Shown here piece after piece: positions 25,864 to 38,225 of a stretch of DNA of 64,000 nucleotides; the stretch's first letter is position 1; each line of letters begins with the position of its first letter. Location: the NCBI GenBank assembly GCA_012295275.1, contig CM022679.1, positions 17,236,001-17,300,000 on the forward strand, read 5' to 3'. This stretch comes from Chrysomallon squamiferum. Taxonomy: Eukaryota > Animalia > Mollusca. Made by a program: the position numbers and the translations under genes. The notes beneath the pieces are model-generated. The model did not search any database. It saw only the letters and a list, made by a program, of their open reading frames with translations, and had not been told where the DNA came from.

Positions 25864-28800
25864 CACCATTCCAAAATAATTACTCATAATGACTGTGTTT
25901 ATAATTATTTATAATTTGTTTAAAAGCTATTTTACCCCATTTAGTAAGTGACAACCTAAATCTATAAGACTAGATAACTTATTAATCTAGTTGTTTTGTA
26001 TTTGAAATTATGCTTCTAAAGTTTTCAAATATGTGCATAAACATATTTTATTAAAAATAGTTTGTTTTTAGTTAGTCATAATTTGTTATACCCCAAAAAT
26101 ATACAAGAAGTTTTCAACAAAAAATGTTCTGAAAATTTTAATTTAGAATTTAAAAAAATATTAAAAGTAATATTTTAAATTAGAACTAAAAATGTTTTTA
26201 CTTTACAGAAAAACCATCAATTTATTGTTAACAGAATACAACTTTGTTTTGTCTTTATTGTAAATATACTGGTTTTGCTATCATTTAGCAAAACAAAATA
26301 TCTTCTGCATATACTGACACAAAGAAAATACATTAAACACAAAAAATCTTAGATACATCTTAGTTTGTTTGGTTAATGGATCATTCCTCACATCTTCCCT
26401 TCAACACTGTTTCAGCTCTGTAAGACCATCATCTGTTTTAAGGCATACATATGCCTCAAGATTTACTTGTATTTTGAAGTTGAGTGCATTGAGAAAAAGT
26501 TGTGTAATTCAGAAATATCATCACAGATCTGTATAATAAAAATAATAATAAAACAACATTGTAATGGTTATATCAGTCTCTGTAGTAAAGAGAACATAAA
26601 TACTTACCATGAAGATGAGAAATAACTGTCACTTCCTAAACACATATTCCACAAACTCAACAAGAAAATCTTCATGTACAGACAATGGTCGACTCAACTG
26701 AAAAATGCCATAATCAAATGAATGGCCTCTTTGTGCTAATACCCAAATATTTGAACAGGCTGATGCCAACATGTTTTTCCAAAACAATCGAAACATAAGT
26801 AAGCCTCTTCCTTGGTCTTGTAAGGCCAAGAAAAAAAGTAAATACATTCTTCATCACATTCCTTTTTCTCCAGATCTAGTAACTGCATAGCAAATTTATC
26901 TTATAACTAAAACATAACAGAAGGAATAATGTAGATGATAAATGTCTAATTTCTGAGGCTCATAATAAATTATTGTAGACTCCTATGATTTCAGCTGTTT
27001 CTATGAAGGTTGATGTTATTTTAATATGATATATTGAATTGTTTGTTAGAGACTGGTATCTATACTAAGAATGTTGTATATTCATTTCACCATAGCTCCA
27101 ATAAACTAATTTGTAAAAATAAGTATCTATTTGGAATATTGTTTATTTATATTCTTGTCTCAAACAACAAAATTAACAAAAAAAAACCTGCAGTCCTGAA
27201 CTGGTTACTAACATAATAATTAACTATGGTCTGTATAGTCAGTTCATTGCATTTTATAAATATTAACAGGTTAGATCTAAATTTATTATTCTGAAAGATG
27301 AGAACATATCAGACTGATCACTTCAGGAAGAAAATATAAAAAAAATAACAAAGAAATAAAACAAGCAAGAAAGATAGATACAGATATTATTAATTTTTTA
27401 TTTCCAAAAATAATATATATTCTCCAGATATCAATTAAAGAATATAGTTTAAAAAAAGGAAAAAAAATAGATGTAACTATCTTTAACTTAGAATAACAAT
27501 ATGACAGAAATGCACTGTTCAATGACAACAGATATGAATTACTGTGAACTGAAACGTCTTGCCAACAATGAATTTCCTGTTTTTACAGTAATTAAAAGAG
27601 CAGTGTCATCATATAAGTCAAAATAATGTAAATATATATTCTAAGAATCATCAATATCAAACAAAGTGAAAGTAATTAGCACGACTGGTCACAATTAAAT
27701 ATCAAATTTGAATCTGAAAAAGTAAACTTTCTGAATTAATTGCTGTGTCAAGCTAACTGACAAACACCTGTATTTGTATAGATTTTTGTTTTCTACACAT
27801 ACATACTAAATCTAAATTGTTTTCATACATACTAAATCTATAGTAAATAAATTTCTTTGATCTTTACCATGATCCCTATTACATAATTAAGTCACGTATT
27901 TTCTGAATAAAGTTATGATGTTCTATTAGTCTGGCTATAGAGGTCTTCACTGGTATTTTCCTGAAGCAATCACAAATGAGAATGGTATAGATCTGCTTGC
28001 AAATTATCTTCTACGTCTATCTCAAATTACAGATTACTCCATGAGCTTGAAGACATGGATCCAGAACTCAACAGATATTTCTGAAACTTTTTTCAGCATA
28101 TGAATTTTTTTTCTCTGACAAATAACAGTACCACAGAAAATATGTACAAATGATGCCCAGCCTTAGGCTGAGTGATCAGTTAGTATATCACATCTCCAAT
28201 TAACCTTCCATAGAAGAGGGTATGATCTGCAATTGCTACTTGCCCATCGTATTTTCAATGGCTTAACTACTGCACCATGGCTATTACCATGCCTGATATT
28301 AACAGATATTTATAGTAGTTACTAACAACTTTGGTCATGACCTTTAACAAGCTTAAGCTTCAATACAGGATGCTGCAAAAACATACGGTGGATTCACTGA
28401 AGCAAGTGATGCTAATAAAGTGAACTCGAGATTCAGAGGTCTTTTATTTATGAGCACGGCAGCTGATTATTAAGTTTTCACAATTTGTACTAAACATAGA
28501 CTTGCTTTACATTTTGATGGAATAGCTTATGAAATAAAACCTTTTCCTGCAGTGTATTAATTGCATTATTTGCCAGTTTTAAAATATAGCGCTCACAAAA
28601 TGTTGGGGATATTGATTTATGTTTAAATATAAACTAGAAGAGATGATATAACAAGAAGTGTAAATAATAAATTTAAAATTTAAAGTAATAAAAATATTAA
28701 AATTTAACAAACAGCATGCAAAAATTGGACAAAGATATGGTCATCAAAATACTCATAAACATTCCACCACTGACCAATTGCAAAATGTTTTTTTTTAACA

Positions 28801-29656
28801 TAGGCCACAAAAAGAACAAATGATAAAGTGGACCTACAACTAAACTATATGGATTGCTTGCCTGTAACAATATTGATGAAATCCATATATGTATATTAGT
28901 TTTAGGTGATAATGAGTACAATGCTATACCTAACTATTATTTGTGAAAAATATTCAATTTATTAAGAGTCATTTTTAATAACAACAAAATTAATCATGAA
29001 ACTAATTCAATGGAATATAAACATGCTGGTTCCAAATATTCATAATTTCATAAACCAGATACCATAGAAATTAGAAAATAACAAGTTGATAAGGAAAGAC
29101 TTGGGCAGGAAAGAACATATATTTTATGTTATTTCTCCTCACAATATTTTATTTAGAAATGGAAAATAACACCATGTTCTTTTACATAATTTTATATTAT
29201 AAATCATTAAAAGTAATTGACTATTTCCCAATAAACTGAGTAAAACACTTATTTTTAATGTTATGGCTGTAAAACATTGACCCAAGGCTGCTGTTTTTTT
29301 CAGTATTGATCATTAATACTTTGACAGATCAAGTGTCATAGCACTTAATACTGTGTAGCTGAGGTAACAACCTGCAATAATGCAATTTGACTGAGAAGCT
29401 GTTTAAATTAAAAAAAAAAAATTTTTATGCATACTGTATAGATACACAAATCAACATTTACACCCACCCATGTGACATACATACATACTCACATATATAA
29501 TAATGTTGTGACAAAGATAATCTCATCTTTGTTTAATGCAAAACTCAGATATCTATGAAACTGTTTCATTAGATATATTTCTTTCATGTATATATTAATA
29601 TTATTTTATCAACATACCAATTTTTATATATATATATATATATATATGTAATCTTA

Positions 29657-29697
<41 letters not shown>

Positions 29698-32600
29698 AGA
29701 TAAAAGATAAAATAATGACAAATATTGAACAAAATATGTACCAATAATTTTAATCTGTAAATATAATGCCTTTAATTACCGATGTATGCAAATGATTAAA
29801 GTTCTGCTTGACTGTCCACAATACCTTTTTACAGGAAAATATGCTATGACTAATTTTTAATGGTAGTTGTTAAATTGTAAAGTTACATTAATTAGTGGCC
29901 AACATGCGGCAGGTTTTGGAAATAACGAACTAATATGGTTTGAAATTTTTCTTCTTTCTTTGATTCTGCAGTTTTCACCCATGTCTGCAGATATCTTACC
30001 TACATTGGCTTCAGAGGTTGAGAGGGGAGTAAAGTTCAAGCTCTGGTTTGAGGAGGATACAAACAGGCATTTGATTAACATGGAGGTCATGGGGGAAGGG
30101 GAAAATTTGAAACATTGGCCTTGCTTTGATAAGTATTTGGCAGCAGGATATGGTAAGATACTTTTCTCCTTTGTTTTTTTTTAACAATGTATTGTTTACC
30201 ACACACACACACACACACAATTTGATGTAAAACGTAAATTTATATTAACGTAATAATTTAATTATCCCATGTCTGAATCCACCTTTAATTATTTCAGCTG
30301 CTAATATATAGCTGCTTTTATTTGTTTTTATATTATTATAAAGTATGTTCTGTATATAAATAAACAACTTAAACTGTATTCAAATTCATGTTATTTATCT
30401 AGTATATATATAAAAAAAATGTACTGTCACAATTTATGGTAATCTTAAAATACTGTATTGTAAATGGTTTTGAATGCTATCCAATTATTCAGGTATAAGT
30501 TACACCAAATGAATCTTAACAAAATATCACACACACACACACGAGAAACCAGCAGTTTAGATCATAGAGTTTACAAAACCAGTTTTACTTAGTATTTTTC
30601 AATGATTTGTTGGTTGCTGCTAATGTACAATAAAGAATAAGGCCAGAGGTTACTGTTAACTTTTTCATGTCATTGTTCTGCAACAAATAAATTAATAAAG
30701 CACTGTACATTTCCATCAACATGTGAACATTAAGCTGCTGTTTTGAAAAGTTTATATTTTTATACAAGTAAATATTTTATGTCCAAGCCTTAGGAATCTA
30801 CTTTCAAAAGCTGTAATTAAATGACATATAAACATTTTGTAAGTTATCGATGTTTATTTCATATGGCCTCTATAAATTTGGGAGTGGACAAATAATAGTA
30901 ATAACAGTTTAAAAAGAAAAAGAATTATTAAACAAGAAATTCATCTTTAATCTTTTAATAAATAATTTTCTTTTAAATAGATGTTTATTTGCAGTGAAAT
31001 ATTAGATTATTTTTACATCTGAGTGCCTTGCAGCTGGGAAACATGGGACATTATATTATTACTTTTCAATGTTAATTTGCCATCCTTAACCATAAACACA
31101 TTTTTAATAAAGAAAATGTTAATAGAAAGGTAATAAACATTACTAAGTATATTATAAATACTACTTTTTATTACTGCTTTGTCAGGAAATAATAAAGTAT
31201 CTTTAAATTACAATTAAATCAAATAAATAATATGTGTGTCACTTCAAACATTAGGTTCTACATATGTATATAAGTAGATGGGCCCAATATTAACCAACAT
31301 CATACTTATGAATAATACCAATACAATATTACCAATTTTAACATTCTAAATTGGTATAATTGGTGCTTGTTGTCTATATGATAATTTAGATATGTTTGTA
31401 GCTAATCATTTATTCATGCTATCAACAGTTTCCATAGTAACATATAATTAAGACTTTATTAGTACCCTAATATACCAAATACAAGATATACATTAATATA
31501 GTATTTAGAACAAACTGTTTTTACAACACTCCTCTGTTTTCTATAGTAGTAATTTTAGCAGTCAACCAATGTAAATGGGTGCTAATCACGGGCACTGTCA
31601 GATACCTCATTAACAGAGCTAGAACAATGTGATCAGCTGCTTGATTCCCACTGGTGGTTATATTACTACCTTGGTTCAATAATGCTTCAAATGTTAAATT
31701 TCATTAACTCTTCTATTACTTAATACAAGCTAGAGTACACTTTTAGAAGATAGTTCTCAGGAAAAGAAATATTTACAAAAGGTGTAATTTGCTTTGCTTT
31801 CATTATTTTGAAAATAATAGCTAAAATTTAATACCATCCAAGATAAGGATAGCAAAATTATGTGAAGTGTATTCAGATTGCAGGAGTCTCTGAACCTTGG
31901 GCTAATGTTTAAAAAGTTACTTATTTCAATGTACATACTTATTATTCATTTTGTCTAATTGTAATTCAAAGCTAATTTATTTTTTCATGGCAAAACAAAG
32001 AAAAAAAATCCCAGGTGAGCTGCAGTGAAGACATACAAAATGTTTACTATTACATAAAACTGTATGTCAAATAAAAGGAAATAAACAGATTCATTCCATC
32101 ACAAGTTTGTACTCAAACTCTTAAAATAATATAAAACTATTAAGAAAGAATTCTGGTCAGCTAAAGATTATTAAGAATTTATTGTCAGTTAAACAGATAA
32201 GTAAAATATTTTAAATGTATTCCTAATTTAGAAAGTTTTTCTATCACTTGGCAAAAATGTTATGTATGTAGGCCATATTAATAACAATATCAAAACAGCC
32301 CAGTATTTATATCTTTTTTAAATGCCATTAACACTAATGATATCAGAAGTAGTTGGAGATAAATGGAAAATAATTTCAAACAACAATCCAACTAAACTGG
32401 CTAATATCCTGAATGAATAAATTAGCAAATATTTATGACAAGTGAGGAGAAAAATGTACATATTATTCCTATTTCAAAGTAAGACTAGTGACTTTTGTCC
32501 TTAATTACAACACATTTTTTTCGGAATAGAAGTAAATTGTAAAATACATTTCACTGATTCTGAAAAAGTAATGAATCTCTGCTCATTTTGATAATAACAG

Positions 32601-35600
32601 AATTGATGACTATTTCATAGCTCAAACATTTTATTTCAAAATTTCAGTAACAGCTGTATGTATCATAATGTATGCAACTAGTTCAAAAGCATGTTTAATT
32701 TGCATCGAGGACAGATAATCTATAATGTTGACAGGTATACAATAGCAGCTTACTTTCACATTGGCAGTTAGCTACCTATAAAGATTTATAGTGTGCTTCT
32801 TAACAGACACTGCAGCCGATTTCAAGCTGATTGAAAAATATTTTCAGTTGATTATTTTTTATCCTAATTCTGGGGTATGTGGCAACAGATAATAAATAAT
32901 GTATGAATCCACTTCAGTTAATATTAATACAGTGAATTATAACAATAATCAGATGCTATTTCAATATTAAGTATAAATATAGTTTTTCATTTCTAGAACA
33001 TTGCTCTTCTTCCATTGAAATTAAAACTATCTGTTGAATAATTACTAGTTACATTGTGATTTGTTCTGGTGTTACATTTTTGGCTCTTATTTACTGTAAT
33101 ATGATTTTAAAAAACTGCTAGTCCCAAATAATTCTGTTAAATTTTTGTTTTGTTAAAAAGTAAAGTAAATATTGTTCATTTTATCTTCACATATGATGAT
33201 TACAATATACAACACACACATGCATGCACCAGAATATAGTATCTGATAATAATAATAATAATAATTAAAAATTAAATACCATTTTTGAATTTTTCACAGG
33301 GACTTCAGATTCCTTATAGTCTGAATTTTGTTCTTTATTTGCAGACTCTTCAACTTTCTCCTCTGTACAACTGTCTGCTTCAGATTCACATGGTTCAATC
33401 ACAATTGTACATTTAGACACTGGGTCCATTTTTTCTCTATCACTTTCATTTTCATCTGCAGGTTTTGATTCATGTTTGTCATTATGAGGTGACACTTTAT
33501 TACCAGAACAAGACTTTGTTTCTCTGTCTATTTGTTTAACGTCAGCCTCTTTGGCATCAGTTTGTACTGAGTTTGTATCTTTTCCAACAACCCCACAACT
33601 CTTAGCATTTGTGTCAGTCAGTCCTGTCTCTCCATCTTTATTGTTCTGTCCTGCTCCTTCACCAGATTCAGTTGTTGTCTCCACAGCAGCAGCAGCATCT
33701 CCAACTTCAGTCTTTTTGTAATTTCCCTCAGTAACAGGATTAACAAGGTGAAATTCTGCTCTCAATTTCCGTAACTTGTTACCCATTATGCACCACTATC
33801 TCCATTAAATTAAAACACAGGCAAAGAAAAACAAACACATTCAAATAGATCTCTGTATTTTCTACCATTGACTCCTCATACTAAATCCATATTGCTGTTG
33901 TAGATGTGCAAACCAACGTTACAAATAAATGGCTATATACAGTTCACTAGCACTTGAGTTAATACATGTTTGTCTAATATGTATGGCCATCCAGTTTCAT
34001 TTAGTGATGACTGCACCCAAATTCAGAATGAAAGTGGACACGAAAACACACATTTCTGAATAATTAATGAGACAAACAACCTCAGCGGTTGTTATCTGGC
34101 AACTAGTGACGATAAAACAGAGACCATCTATCCACAGTCCAAATCAATATGGCACTGTATGCAACTCAGGCAAGTTGCTGTGTCTGCCTACAAATCAGAC
34201 CGTACTTTCATACTTATTAATATTATGCTGCTTTCATAAGAAAATAATTTGAAAATCTTTAGCCTTTGGCCACAAGATTGGTGATGATTTCCTTAGGTGT
34301 AACTGTAACATCTGCCATCTAATTATGCCCACTAGTTATCTATAAATAGGCTTCAAGGCCCAAAGCATTAGTAATGTAGGTTGAATAAATATTTATCAAG
34401 TTACTATGTTAACTTTAGTGAATTCGAAAAAGAGTTTTCTTTAAATACAAATAATAAAATAAACTTGTAAATAAAATGTAATGAATAAACCTATTTTGTC
34501 TTCTAAACCTACTTGTAAGATGTGGAGAAAAAGAAAAAAATTATGAAAAAAACAATAATAAATGATGAACCAAATAATTAGTTTTGGTTTCTTTTTCATT
34601 TTTTAACTTTCTTATGATAAGCGATTATGTCTGCTCAAAGCTGTAGTGATAAATTTAAAGACAGACAATAATCTATATCTTTCAATTATAAACAAAATTA
34701 ACATGCATTTCTTTCATCTCTCCAAGATGATACAGAAGATTATTTACAATTCTGTCTTTTATAAACAAAACCAAAAAACAAAAACATTAACTTAGTAACA
34801 ACTTTCAATTTTTGTGTATATCTTGTAAAAGATATTCAGAAATATTAAAACAAATAATTATTTCTACAATGGTATGTTAGGAAATTCTACTGAGTGCTGT
34901 ATTCCAGATAAAACAAAATAATAGTCAAAAGATGCTATACTGACAACACTTGTTCAAATGACACGAGTTACTTTATTGGGAAGTGCTTTTTGAGTCTAAA
35001 TTATTTTTTTTCAGTTATTATTAGTGGATACTTCCTCCTGTCCATATCATTATTGGGGATTTTGTTAGTGCAAATTATGTTTTCTTTACAAATATGAGAA
35101 AAAGTCATCAAAAATTTTGTCAAGTTAATTTTTTTTTTTTTTTTTTTGAATGAAGAACCATTCTATGTGCAGAAAACCAAGATTTTATACAGCATTTGAA
35201 GTTTATGAGAAAACATTAAATTGTTACTAGTACTGTTTTCAAATATGCAAGAATAGAAAAGTAATGAAGCTAGAATGAGCCTGAGTATTGGAAGATGTCT
35301 GAGATCACTCATTCCTGATGGATTTATTATTTCATTATTAGATGAGAATTTATCTAATTGAATTATCTTTTCTGTTAGAATAACCAGAACAATTGTTTTC
35401 ATTTTGACTGACAGCTTCAGTGTTTTGATCATATCTTTTTCTTTTTTCCATTATTTATATTGCTTTTTTCCACGAAGATTAAAAAAAATATTTAAATTAC
35501 AAAAATAAAGAAAAAAGAGAGACAGAACCCCCCAAAACAACCAGTATCTAGATATTCTGAAATATTGATTATATTTACAGAACTTATACTGTTTTACATA

Positions 35601-38189
35601 CACACACAAGTTGAAATATATTTAGTTTTATCAAGATATTTTCCCACAGATCACTGATATATAAAACAAAATTAAAAAATTATTTTTGTTATTTTTGTCT
35701 TATGCAAACAATCTTGCTACAGTGTTATTTTTGTGAAACCAATTTAGTTTAGTCCCTGAAAGGCAAATAACAGTTTTAGAAAGAAGTAAAAATAATATAA
35801 AAATAACAAAAACACTGCAAAGACAACATGACGTCAAAAGCTTATTGATAGACAGGTATGATAATTGGAACTGTGTGCTTACTCAAAGTAACCTTCAAAA
35901 TTACCAATACCGTTAAGTCATTACTGTTACTATATGATTGCAACTCAGTGTTCAGAAATCAATAGCTGGCACACTACATACTGGTACATTCTTTGACCAA
36001 TTTCTATCTTCAATCTAGCTCTCTAATGAAACAATCACAAAAAGTGTCTGCAAGACCTATTATGACTAACTCCTCTATGATTTGCATTAGGAACAATATC
36101 TTCAAAAGATTATGTTCAGAAACTGGTTTTGTTAAGCTACAGTTGTTAAGTGCAGAATATGAATATTACACATATTGTGTTATTCAGATATATGTATTGG
36201 TGTTAACAACAATTATCAAAAATTATATATTTTTACATTTATAAATAAAATTCAAGTTTACTTTTCATTAATTTGTTTTGTTTGTTTTTTTGTTTGTTTT
36301 TTTGTCTTTTCTTTTCTTTTTCACTAATAATGGCATACATTTGCAACATTATATTTATAAACTGAAATATAATTGTTTCATTATTAACTAAATCAATATC
36401 ATTCAAAGAAAGAAAAAGATAAATAAAATATATAAGTCGATTTAATTGATGAACTAACATTTCGGAAACATTATCATGCAAATAAATACAAATATATTTA
36501 TTTAATATGATGTAACATCAAAATATGATGACATTTTAAGATAAGTTTTTTTATTAGACTTTTAAACCTATGAAAATCAATGAGGACAGCTAGCAAATAT
36601 TATATGCCCTGAAGGCAATTTAACATTTCACCATAGAAATTAATCAAAAATAAATGCTGTTTAAAACGTTTATAAATGGAGAAAAAAAAAGATTTAAAAT
36701 TATCCTACCATGAAAAAATTTAAATGTAAAATACATACATAATTAAAGGATGGTTTGATATATTTTAAAAATATCTTTAAAATTTAAATATAAATACAAC
36801 TGAATATAGCAACATAAACAAATACAGTTCTTTTTTGGACAATTTTGAGTAGAATGAGCATAACTATAAATGTTCAGTTTTATATTTTATGTACATGTAA
36901 ATACACACCTACATTCAAACATACAGCAGAAGAGTACAGCTGTTATAGATATTGATTGAACTTACTGGCTTTGATAAACAAGTTTATAATCCTGTATAGA
37001 ATGACAGATTACATCTTTCTTCTGACATTTCAGAACCTGTTATTTCATGTATGTCACTCAGTGGTTGTGACATATGTCGCAGAGAAACATTACTTATAAA
37101 CTGTCTGTTAAAAACTTGACTGAAAATGTATTATTCATCAAAAGACAAAAGTTTTTCCTTCTTTATGATTTGGGTCTTGTAATTAAAATGTTTTATTTCT
37201 TTAACTTAGTTTAGGTAAGAGAAACACAATGTCATTCTGTGACATTTTTTCCAGTTTGAAAAGCATTTGGTAGAATAAATATTATATTCAGAACTGTAAC
37301 GTAACAACAAAAGATTCATTCATCTGTCAGCATGTGAAATAATTTTAAATGTTTGTAATGCTATATAATAAAAGTCAAAGGTTTAATATATTAAACAGAT
37401 GTATATAAAAATGGTGCATAGTAAAATGAACTGTTTACACATTAAAATTACTTAGCTTCCTTATGGTTTTCATGAATTTTACTGGAGATGTTAGAAAAAA
37501 GAAAACTACAGTGTTTAAATTCCCAAATTAAAAGAACTCGTTTTTATTACAATTTTGAGTAAACAATAAAAAAAATCTAAAATATTACAACCCAGCAAAG
37601 GGAAGCAACTCAAAATGTCACAAAATTATTTACTTGTTATTAAAATACACTTCTTGCTGATGTTATGAATCTTTAAAAAAAAAAAAAATAACAATAAAAT
37701 TAACATTATCACCATAAACCTTCCATGCTCTCCTCCAGCACCACTAAACTCTATGATATAATAAACACAATCTATTTATGATTTTATATGCAACCAAATC
37801 TTTATACCAAAATATTTTGAATACTTTTTCATGCATCAAAAATTACCTCGATATATGAATGACTAAACATTATAATCATATAGGATATTTGCAGGAATAA
37901 ATGATAAAAATATTTCAAAATAAAATTTATTACTATATTAACAGATGTTAAGTGCAAGTATGAAAATGTGGTTCTAGGCAAAACATTATTTCTTCATAAG
38001 CTTTTTCAACTGTGAAACAGCATTTTTGCATCAAAAAAAGTTTTCATAAGAGATGATATTAAGAATTCTGAAGTTCATAAGGCAAGTACAAACTGGCATT
38101 CAGTGAGTTAACTACTGAGACCTCAGAAAAGAAAATGTATCTACTTTTTAGAGATCATTAAGTATATTTTGTTGGTAGTTTGTTGATTT

Positions 38190-38225
<36 letters not shown>

